Assembly: GCA_035084275.1 (NCBI GenBank)
Contig: CM068771.1
Location: 4,154,001-4,218,000, forward strand
Direction: 5' to 3'
DNA: 64,000 nt
DNA from: Hydrolagus colliei
Lineage: Eukaryota
The notes under the pieces were generated by a model that had not been told where the DNA came from, made no database searches, and saw nothing but the letters and a program-made list of their open reading frames with translations. How positions within the stretch are numbered: the first letter of the stretch is position 1; each line of letters opens with the position of its first letter. Both the position numbers and the translations under genes were made by a program. This document shows, one piece after another, positions 1-10,563 of this stretch.

Positions 1-34
1 TCCTAACTATTGTCGATTGTTTGTTACTGAACAG

Positions 35-3000
35 AGAGATTCACAGTCAATGTTCCCAGTCACCCTGCCCTAGCCATTGCTGGTTCAGACGTTGTCCTGG
101 ACTGTAAGTGTTCCACAAAGCTGCCATTAGAGGGTGTGGAGGTGAGATGGTTCAGGGTGAGATTCGACTCCCCTGTGCACTTATTTAAAGAGGGACATCA
201 TCAACTGGATATACAGGATGAAGCCTATAGACACAGAACACAACTGTTTGAAGAGAAGTTTATCAATGGTGATGTGTCTCTCAGACTGGAAGATGTACGG
301 GTGACAGATCATGGAGAGTACACATGTTTCGTCGAGTACGACGGATCGTATGAACAGGGAGTGATAGAGTTGAAAGTTATAGGTCAGTAATGTTTCCAAT
401 TCATTTAATTACATGTAATCTGTGTGTGCAAGAATTCACTCATCTTTAATAAGTTCAAAGTACAATAATTTCTATGAACAAGAATGTCCGTTTATTCAGA
501 ATGTTGTAGATGTGTTTTTGTTAAGTTACTGCACTGTAATGTCCCGGGTAAAATATTGTCTGATTCATGTCTCCTGTCTCTTCCAGGCCTTGGCAGTCAG
601 CCTTGGATTCATGTTGATGGACAACACAATGGTGGTGTGATGCTATTGTGTGAATCCAGTGGATGGTTCCCAGCACCAGAGGTTCTGTGGTTTGATGATC
701 AGGGAAACAAATTATCAACACTCAGTAACTGGACAGTCAAACAGGATTCTAAAGGTCTCTTCAGTGTTCAAAGCCAAATAGAAATAATCCATTCAACCAA
801 CAAGATCAAGTGTCTGATTCATAATTCAGAAAATGAACAAGAAGGAAAACTCCAAATCTTGGGTTGGTAAACACAGTAAATATTAATGTTGGTCTGAAAA
901 ATATGATGTAGATTTATTATAATAACTCTTGCATTTGAAATAACACTTTTCACGTTTTCTATGCATCTCAAATTGCTTCACAGAATATACTGTAAAATAT
1001 ATTGGCTGTGTATACATGGGCGAAACGTGGCAGAAAGTTGCGCACAGCAGTGTCCCTCAAACAGCTGTGTATTAAAATAACCAATTATTATTGTGTCTTT
1101 TTGAGGGACTATTATTAGCTGTGCAGAGTAAGGAAACTTGCCCAAAGTTTCACCCCACCGGGAATCAAACTCACGTCTCGCGCTTGTCAGGGGAGTGCTC
1201 TAATCACTGAGCTACAGGACTCCATAAAGTATTGTACAGGACTTCACTTGATGTGTTGTACAACACATGAAGTGAATACATATCGGTCTGGATGATACGG
1301 TCTATCTAATTTCATCCTTTCAAAATATGAAACTCGTAAGAATTAGGAGCAGGAGTAGGCCACTCGGTCGCTCGAGCCTGCCCCACCATTCAATAAGATC
1401 ATGGCTGATCTATTCTAACTCCATCTACCCGCGTTATCCCCATATCCATTCATCATCTCCTTTATCTCTCTATTATCCCTCTCATCATCTTTAATAACAA
1501 CTATTTACATTTGTAAATTGCCTTTCACATCGAGACAACGTCCCAATGTGGAAGATGCTATAAAACGTCAAAGATTTGGTCATGAGCTGGGGGATAGGGT
1601 CAAGAAGGATGGAAGGCAGGTGGGTGGGAGTAGGTGGGTGACCGAATGTATGGTCAAAGTGGTGGGTGTTGAAGGTGAGAAGGGACAGCCCGAGGTGGAG
1701 GGACTGTGGATGGGGTTCCAAAAATACCTCCGTACTCCAGCCCACCCAACCTTCCTGTTAATTATTAAAGCTGTTTATTATGTTAGGAATGAATCAATAC
1801 TGAATGTCAACGTGACTGAAGCTCTCCTGATTAGCTCCAGTCAGCGCCTTCACATCTCAGGTACTGGCAGCATCAACAACAACAACAAATTACATTTATA
1901 GAGCGCCTTTCACGTCGGGAGGACGTCCCAAGGCGCTGAATGTACAACCTCCATGGTTGTACATTCCATATCAACAAACCAGTCAGGAACCTAGATGTCT
2001 TGTTCTATCCTCAACTGTCTTTCCTCCCCCACTTACAAGCCGTGACTCATTCTGCCTTCAATCACCTCCGCAACATTGCCCAACTCCGCCACTAGGTCAC
2101 CCCTCAGGCCGCTGAAACTGTATCCAATATGATACCAGGCTTCACTTTGATTGAAGCCTGTGGTAGCGACTGAGCTATTGTGTGTAATACAGTAACATGG
2201 GGGTAAATGTAGGCATTTAGTGTTTGATATCAGAATAGATGTTTGAATGTATATTTACATTTCTTGACAGATGAGTTCTTCCCCAAAGTGCCAGTGGGTT
2301 TGGTGGTCTCCTCACTGCTCTTAGGACTTGCCATAATAGTGCTGAGTGTTCTTGTCGTCTACAGTGTAAAACAGCACCGAGAGATCAAAGGTACGTTTCC
2401 GTCAGTAACATCCCTCAACTTAACACTGTGTTACTGTTTGTGTGAGAATATGCAAGTTCTATAAATCAATTGCTTTCTCCCTTCACTCAGTAACCACCTG
2501 GCCTGTTTCATGTCACTGCCCTATTCTTCCCCCCCATCAGCAAGTTAGGCTTTCAACCTATCTGTCCCCACTCTCTGGAACTCAATCCAACTGTCTTTTC
2601 GAATCAGTCTTTCCAAATCACTGCCACATCATCCCATTCTGAAAGATGCTCTATAAATGTCATTTTGTTGTTGTTGTTTAATAGGCCCCCTCTCCCCACT
2701 CTCACTGACTCACTGGAGACAATAAAACAGCATCTTAGACTACCACAGCTTGGCTAAATTATTAATTATTGCAGTATTATCTCATCGCTCGCTCCTCTCT
2801 CCCTTCTCTCGTTGAACGCTCCACTCCACTCTTCTCTTATCACTCGCTCCACTCTCCCTTCTCCGCCTAAGGGTGCATCGCGCGAGGGCGGTGAACTCCC
2901 ATATGCAGACCAGCCAGCCAGCGCATATACGCACGTTATTCAATAAAGTCACGCATTTTTTTCTTCGCGCATGTTTGAGTTCACAATTGAGAAAGATGCG

Positions 3001-6000
3001 ATCGACGAGTGCCTACTGTAACTGAGTTGAGCTTTATTCTGTGTAGTTTATCGCTTGTTATTGTTGTAAACAGGTAGTTTGACCACTAAATAATACTGTA
3101 TTCAATATTGGTTTCTAACAGTTTTGCTTTGTATCCTCCAGATCTTGAGAAGACAGTTGGTAAGTCATCAAAGTAAAATAACAATCTCATATTATGATTA
3201 CTCTCACTCACAAGGTTCACACAAATCAGACGTAAGGTGGTGTTACAACACTTCTGTTTGCCAACAAAAGGCAAAGTTACTACACTCTCCTGTCAACCTG
3301 GGGAAATGCTCATGGGGAGCCAAATCAAATTCAAGGATTATTATTGTGGTATAAGGTTAACTTGCAATTCTTTAGCGCTCTCCACGCAGGGCAGCATCTC
3401 AAAGCACTTAAGAATGGCGGAGCCTGACTGTGGTCTGGGGGGGTGGTTGGGCCGTAAGCATGTAGGAAAAGGAATGTTTTAAGGCAGGTCTTAAGGGGAG
3501 ATGGGGAGCAAGGCAGAGGGATTGAAGGAGAGAATCCATTGTTTCGGGGGTCGGTCGCTGAATGTATAAAGGTGGAGAGGAGGGAAAGTTCGCTGGGAAG
3601 TTGACATGTATATGAGATACATGATAAGAGACTTGAAGGAGTATATGGATAGGGCAGAACAGCTGCTGTAAGAAAAGATTGCTTTAATAACTCTTACAAA
3701 CTAGATATTTCACGTCATTAACTGTTCATTTTCTTCGCTTAGACAACAGTGGCTTGTCAATATACACACATTTCAGGGAGGGGGTGGGGTGGATAGAATG
3801 AGCAAGCTTGTCAGTAACACAGGGAGTGAGTCAATGATGGAGGGATGGAGGAAATGAAAGAAGAAGGTATTGAGAGAGAACAACAACAATATTGCACTTA
3901 TATAGCGCTTTTCACGTCGGGAGGACGTCCCAAAGCGTCTCCCAAAACAAGGGAGTGATTTGGGAGCTACATAAGGTTTGATCACTTCTCTCTTGGTTCT
4001 AGGGTGGAAGAGGATTTGTAGGTGTGCAGGTAAGAGTCTAACTGCTAAAGGAACCTGACTCCCCCCCAACCACCCCGCCACACACTTACATTCCCTCCCC
4101 ACCCCCCACCCACCCCCCACACACATGAACTCAATCCCCACCCACACACATACTCCCGCTGAGGGTGGTGTGGGGGTATGTGATGGTATCTCACACACCA
4201 TCACATACCCCCACACCACTCACACACACTCATATCTCTCTCCCACACACACCATCAAATCCCCCCGACACACACATCACCTCACACCACACCCCCCACA
4301 CAACAACAAATATTACATTGATAGAGCGCCTTTCACATTGGGAAGATGTCCCAAGGCGCTGAACAGTCGGGTCAGGACCCGAGCAAGGGGGAGGGGCAAG
4401 GTGGGTGGGGGGAGGGGAGGGAGAGAGTTGGGAGGGCAGCTGATGGCACTGACCAAGAGGAGAGTCTTGAGACTGGCCTTGAAGGAGGTGAAGGGGAAGT
4501 GAGGTGAAGGGACTATGGGATGGAGTTTCAGAGTGTGGGGGCAGAGGCTGAAAGCCCGGCCACCAATGGGAGGGCAGATCAAGCGGAGAACATGGAGCAG
4601 CCTGGAGCCTGGGGTGGGCAGGTTGATAGGATGTCAGCCGGTCAGAGAGATAGGAGGGGGCAAGGTAGTGAAACGTCTTGAAAGTGAGGACAACCCCAAA
4701 CACCCCCTCCCCACAATGCACATAACCTCACAAGCCTCCAACACAACTCTCCCTCCTCCCCCCGCCCCCCCCCCCCCCCACACACACACCCCCACAAACA
4801 CCCTGGCATTCCCTCCCAACACACGCCCTCACATCTTCCCTCTGGCCCCCCCACCGCCGCACACATCCTCACTTCCCCTCACCTACACACACCCTCATGT
4901 CTCCCCCCCCAACACACATAGTCACATCTCCCGCACACACCCTCAAACAACACTCCTCACACAAACCTCCACATAACCCACAAACACCCTTACAGCTCTC
5001 CCCCACACACCTGCAAATTGCTCAGCCAAACACACCCTCATATTCCCCCCACCAAACACACTCACACCCGAACCCTACACACCCTCAGTCACAACTCCCC
5101 CACCACACACATCCTTGCATTCCTCACCCACACATATACACATATCCCCCCATACACACCCTCATATCCCCTCCACACACATCAAACTCCACCCACTAAA
5201 CCCTCACATAACCCTCACATCCCCACACACACAGCCTCACATTCCCCCTCACCCACATAACCTCACATCCCCCCAACACACACACCCTCACATCCCCCTA
5301 CACACACAGCCTCACATCCCCATACACACAGCCTCACATCCCCCTCACCCATAAACCCTCACATCCCCCCTACACACACACACCCTCACACCCCCCCTAC
5401 ACACACACACCCTCACATCCCCCCTACACACACACACCCTCACATCCCCCCTACACACACACACCCTCACATCCCCCCTCCACACTGACACACCCCAGTC
5501 CACACACCCTCACATTCCCCCTCCTCCCCCCCCCAACACACACCCTCACATCCCCCCCCAACACACACCCTCACATCCCATCACACACTCACCCCCAACA
5601 CAAACATTTCCCACCCCCACACATGCTCATAATCCCCTCCAGACTTACATCATCCCCACACACCCTCACATCCCACCCCTCACACACACCCTCACATCCC
5701 ACCCCTCACACACACCCTCCCACCCCTCACACACACCCTCACATCCCACCCCTCACACACACCCTCACATCCCACCCCTCACACACACCCTCACATCCCA
5801 CCCCTCACACACACCCTCACATCCCACCCCTCACACACACCCTCACATCCCACCCCTCACACACACCCTCACATCCCCCCTCTTCCTCTCCCCTCCACAC
5901 ACACCCCCACATCACCGCCCAACTCGTCCCCCTACCCCCCCCACACCCACACCCACAGACTCTGAGCCTTTGTGTTGGATTCTGTTCCCAGGAGATGTCA

Positions 6001-6615
6001 GTGTTTGACACAAAGGCTTCTCTCCCGATGCTGAAGATCATCTTATTTACAATTGTCAATGTGTCCGACATTAATGGTCTGGTTCTCACTCTAGTTACAG
6101 TCACTCTGGATCCTGACACAGCCCATCCCTGGCTCATCCTGTCTGAGGCCCTGACCAGTGTGAGACGCGGAGACACATGGCAGCCGCTCCCTGACACCCC
6201 AAAGAGGTTTAGTGTCTGTCACATTGTCCTGGGGTCTGAGGGCTTCACATCAGGGAGACATTACTGGGAGGTGCAGGTGGGGAACAAGACACAGTGCATT
6301 GTGGGATTGGCCAGAGAGTCTGTCAACAGGAAACAACCAATCACATGGTCACCAGAGGGCGGGGTCTGGGGGGTGGAGCTGGTGGGCGGGGCCTATGAGG
6401 CTCTGACGTCACCCCCCACCCCCCTGCCCCTGACAGTGAGACCCGGGAAGGTCGGAGTTCACCTGGACTATGAGGGGGGACAGGTGTCAGTTTACGACGC
6501 TGATCACATGTCTCATCTCCACACCTTCACCCAAACTTTCACTGGGAAACTCTATCCTCTCTTCTATGTCTGGTATGGTTCCGAGCCTCTGACAATCTGC
6601 CCAGTGACTGGTTAA
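35..6615 (+). CDS. Butyrophilin-like gene, copy A (signal-peptide exon lies upstream of the window)
   Basis: Exons with AG/GT boundaries and all phase-1 introns: IgV 35-382 (348 bp), IgC 587-862, TM 2271-2390 ([33 protein letters not shown]), 3142-3159 (DLEKTV), 4003-4029 (GWKRICRCA), B30.2/PRYSPRY 6095-6615 ([12 protein letters not shown]...GRHYWEV...LDYEGG...LTICP). Confidence 0.92.
915..1222 (-). mobile_element. Older copy of the same SINE in a BTNL intron (also 23138-23445 and 47233-47540)
   Basis: Degenerate head, core and tail on the minus strand. Confidence 0.7.
4297..4690 (-). mobile_element. L2-type LINE 3' end in a BTNL intron (also ~26520-26914 and ~50614-51008)
   Basis: [23 protein letters not shown]...IGGRAFS...FKASLKTLL with a (ttg)n tail. 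Similar fragments at ~1500-1740 and ~3340-3700. Confidence 0.75.
4700..5960. repeat. C/A-rich low-complexity minisatellite tract in the last BTNL intron (also ~26925-28140 and ~51020-51855)
   Basis: Almost no G on the + strand; ~26-bp sub-repeats such as ccctcacatcccacccctcacacaca in copy-specific numbers. Confidence 0.9.
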
Positions 6616-7460
6616 CGAGGAGGAAAACGCTGAGACATTGACTAGGTTCACAGGTTGGTGGAGTGGGGCTGGGATGGGGGGGGAGGGGGTTGAGTGGCCA
6701 CTTTAAGATGAGAGTTGGCTTTGGGTCAGTATCAATGGGGGGGGGGGGGGGCTTGTCCATCGCCTTGGCAACCAATCGATGACAACATGGGAGAGTGGCA
6801 AGAGGGCTCCATGTGTTGCGGTTGCTGGGAGGACTAACTGAGGTCCTCCTCATGGCTTTGCCCTCCCATCTCTCATTAAATGGTGAGGGGGGGGGGGGAG
6901 ATAGGGACTGAGCCCCCACCAGCCCTCACCACCCACCGTCTATTTGACTGTTGTAACCGCGAGGTTTGGATGGAGCCGAGTGTTTGATTCTGGGCTTTTC
7001 CCCCAGTTTTGAGCTGAGTCTGAGACAGGAATCAATTACAATGAAAACTTCATCACCAGCTGGTCTCTGGGCTTGTGCTGAGAGAATCTGAGCTTCCATC
7101 AGTGTGTGAGCTCACACGGTCTGAGACAGGGATATCGGCTGATATCTTCCTCTCCAGCAATGCCCAGTCTCACAGTCGGGGGCTGGGCTCAGAATCTCAC
7201 TGAAATCTCCCAAATCACTTTAGTGTCTATAAACAAGGTGACACATTCTACTCTAGCGTCAGCCTCGTCTCACTGTGTATAAACAATGTGTAATGTGTAT
7301 TTTCAGTGACTACTTTTATAATCTGTGTAACATTTCTCATTCACTGTAACAATCACTCAAGACCTTTAACCCTCATTAAATCAATGTCCCGTTGTCTAGT
7401 CAAGTTGATATTATTACAGAAAATATTGTCATTGATTTGCAAAATACAAGAGCAATTAAC

Positions 7461-7466
7461 AATAAA
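7461..7466 (+). terminator. Candidate BTNL poly(A) signal (also at 29628 and 53358)
   Basis: AATAAA followed by T/GT-rich sequence, about 850 bp after the stop codon. Confidence 0.45.
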
Positions 7467-7620
7467 TCATGTTATGTCATTATTTTATGCCCAATGATTA
7501 TACACACTCTACACACTCTCCTCCCCCTCCCTCTCCCACCCCCACCACCCCCGATACACTCAGACACTGATACACACACCACTGACCATCAACCCCTGAT
7601 ACAAGAACACCAACAAGTTA

Positions 7621-8056
7621 CAGGTAGACCCCACTTAACGTCGCCTCGGTTAACGTACTTTGGTTATTACATTGCTGATACATTGGAAACACACAAATAT
7701 CCCTCCCCGACCGTGGAGGATACGTTCCTGAACACCCCCCCCCCCCCCCCCCAAGTGATTAGTAAAACCGTGGTTGGCAAATACAAGGCCAACCGCGTGT
7801 CTGGTTGATGTAACTGGGTCATCGCACCAAACTCTAGTGTTAGTGTTGAAACCCATGGATGCGCAAAATTCACTGCCGCGGTTGGCAAAGGTTGTCGCAG
7901 AGAGGAAACCACGGATACGGAGTGGGCAGCGAGAGAGATAGTCAGTGAGTGAGTGAGCCAGGAAGGCAGTCGGAGTGAGTGTAATGGGTTTGGTTTTAGA
8001 AATTTTTGACGCAAAATGTCCAAAAGAACCTAAATCCAGTTTTAACATTCATTCTT
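7621..8056. mobile_element. Same MITE, right end deleted (unit 1)
   Basis: TA plus left TIR at 7619-7643; diverges from the unit-3 copy at 8057. Confidence 0.8.
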
Positions 8057-8918
8057 CCAGATGGGAGTGCAGATGGCTAATTTCCATCTGCACTTCCATC
8101 TTGAAACATCCGTTGATTTGCATAAATTTCACACATGTTCACATTGAAATAATAATAACTTCACATTAACTTACGTTCAACGTCAAGGTGTTTTGGACAA
8201 TTTTAATGAAGATTTGGCTGATTTCCAGCTGTGTCTAAAAACGTTCCCAAAATTTCAACAAATATTCAGAACGATTTGATCTGAATTTCCAGTTTATTAG
8301 AGCACTTTCCAGGAGTTTCAGCGAATTTTCAGCTGTTTTTCCAGCACTTTCTAGAAGTTACAGTAGTCATCAGTAGTGCCCAGCCCACTTTCATGTGAAC
8401 TTTTGGCTCATTTCCAGCTGCATATTTTTTAAATATGTGTTGATTTCCATCAATTTAGCACATTTCAATTCATTTTACAGTATATTCTGTGAAGCGCTTT
8501 GTTACGTCGATAAGACATGAAAAAGCGCTGTATCAAATGCAAGGATTATTATTATTATTTTTATATTAAACTTACATTCGACTTCAAGATGTTTGTTACC
8601 CATTTATATTACCCATTTCTGACGCATAATGAATATCTGTCTGATTTCCCAAAGTGTCTTAACACTTTCTCCAAGTTTCAACAAAAGTTCCAAGCAATTT
8701 CCCTCTTTTCCCCCCTTTCTCCCTTGACCCCACTTCCGTGACTGTTTGTCGGACGCTGCCGTGCGCAGTTTGGCTGCCACGTTTCGCCCACAAATATAGT
8801 CAATTCTCCTCTCCTTCATCCTACCCCAACCCCTCCCCCCCTTCTCTTGTCCCTACCTGACTGTACAGCGCATTGGGATGTCCTCTCAATGTGAAAGGCG
8901 CCACGTAAATGTAAGTTT

Positions 8919-8996
8919 TGATTGATTGATTGATTGTTTGATTGATTGATTGATTGATGGATCAATCAATCAATCAATCGAATGAATGAATGAATG
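8919..8996. repeat. (TGAT)n-GG-(ATCA)n-(GAAT)n compound microsatellite (also ~31084-31161 and ~55389-55470)
   Basis: Read directly from the sequence. Confidence 0.9.
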
Positions 8997-9004
8997 TCCA
9001 ATGG

Positions 9005-10134
9005 TTTCCAGAACTTTCTAGAAGCTTTAACACATTTTCAGCTGTTTTTCCATCACTTTCTAGAAGTTACAGTAGTCACCAGTAGTGCCCAGCCCACTTT
9101 CACATGAACTTTTGGCTCATTTTCAGCTGTACATTCTTAAAATATCTGCTGATTTCCATTAAGTTAGCACATTTCAATTCACTTTACAGTACATTCTGTG
9201 AAGCGCTTTGTGACGTCGATAAGATGTGAAAAAGCACCAGATCAAATGCAAGGATTATTATTATTATTTTCATATTAAGATAATAATTACAACTTCACGC
9301 AAACTTACATTCGACTTCAAGATGTTTTTGACATATTTACACATTTACATTGCACATAATGAATCTCTGGCTGATTTCCCAAAGTGTCTTAACTCTTTCC
9401 CCAGTATCAACAAAAGTTCCAAGCAATTTTATCTGAACGCCCGATGGTTTCCAGAACTCTCCGGAAGCTTTCGCACACATCCAGCACTTTCCAGAAGCTA
9501 CCGGCCGCGCCTGGTAATTTCGCATGAACCTCTGGCACGTGGCCAGCTGATCGTTCTGGAAGTTTAACCCGATTCCCGTTGATCCCGGACGTCTCCGCAC
9601 AATCACAACAACAACAACAATAATAATTCCACACGAATTCGCGGTTGATTCCGGCTGTTTTTCCCGCTAATTTTCAGCAGATTGCCAGCAGTTTGGAGGC
9701 ATTGTTTTTTTACTGAAGCTTGGGGCTGATTTTGAGGCGTTTGAGCCCCTTTTCCCTGTTGACCCCCACAGGTCTGAGCCCCTCCCCCAGGTCTGAGCCC
9801 CTCCCCCAGGTCTGAGCCCCTCCCCCAGGTCTGAGCCCCTCCCCCAGGTCTGAGCCCCTCCCCCAGGTCTGAGCCCCGCCCCCAGGTCTGAGCCCCGCCC
9901 CCAGGTCAGATCTCCCAGAGCTGGGAATGAAGTTCCTCTGATTTCCAGCTGTTTCTGGACTGGGTTCCTTCCTGAAGTCTCCACAACGTTCCACGCGCTC
10001 CGATTGGCGGCCGACCAGGAAGCGGCCCGGGGCGTCCTCTTTGTGACATCACCTTGACGCCCTCTCATTGGCCCCCCTCCACCCCCCCGAGGCCGCCAGG
10101 CCCCGCCCACAACCAAGAAACCAGCCTTTATATA
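9005..10134 (+). promoter_or_regulatory. HSP70 copy 1 promoter: HSE arrays, CCAAT boxes, GC box, TATA
   Basis: Perfect 4-unit HSE tTTCcaGAActTTCtaGAAg at 9005-9024; in-phase array 9449-9496; TTCTGGAA at 9554; proximal TTC-GAA-CTC-CAA-TTC at 9968-9992; ATTGG at ~10003 and ~10067; CCCCGCCC at ~10100; TATATA at 10129-10134. Confidence 0.88.
9771..9903. repeat. 19-bp minisatellite x7 in the HSP70 promoter (also 31936-32068 and 56245-56377)
   Basis: Unit ggtctgagcccctccccca, exactly 133 bp in all three copies. Confidence 0.95.
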
Positions 10135-10160
10135 CAGGGCGAGGAGTGAAGCCAGGCTCA

Positions 10161-10345
10161 GACACTGAGACAGACTGAGAGTCAGACTGACACTGAGACA
10201 GACTGACACTGAGACAGACTGACACTGAGACAGACTGACACTGAGACAGACTGACACTGAGACAGACTGACACTGAGACAGACTGACACTGAGACAGACT
10301 GACACTGAGACAGACTGAGAGTCAGACTGACACTGAGACAGACTG
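10161..10345. repeat. 16-bp VNTR in the HSP70 5' UTR (10 units here; 4 at 32322-32385; 13 at 56646-56877)
   Basis: Unit gacactgagacagact; copies 1 and 3 each also carry two 12-bp gagagtcagact variants. Confidence 0.95.
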
Positions 10346-10563
10346 ACACTGAGAGGGGCTGAGAGACTAAAAGCCTGAGAAACAAGAAGGGAGAGCGAGA
10401 GAAAGAAGAGAGAGAGCGAAGGACGGAGCTACAAGAAGAAGACATAAAGAGGAAAACACCTTCGCGGCGACTTCAGTCCAAGACTCACTGACATTGGGAC
10501 AGCGATTCGGAGCCAAAGGATCTAAGTCACGTACAGACGCGCTCACGTACAGACGGCAGGACA

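Noticed and set aside
3725-3755. Good acceptor at 3742 as a further BTNL micro-exon (ACAACA)
   Set aside because: Only a weak donor (gtggct) follows, and the gene model is in frame without it.
5623-6094. His/Thr/Pro-rich N-terminal extension of the B30.2 ORFs, and ORFs such as 51220-51903
   Set aside because: Translation of the C/A-rich intron; the true exon starts at the AG acceptor (6095).
9771-10345. Regular short repeats resembling a CRISPR array
   Set aside because: Head-to-tail units without spacers, in a vertebrate locus; ordinary minisatellites.
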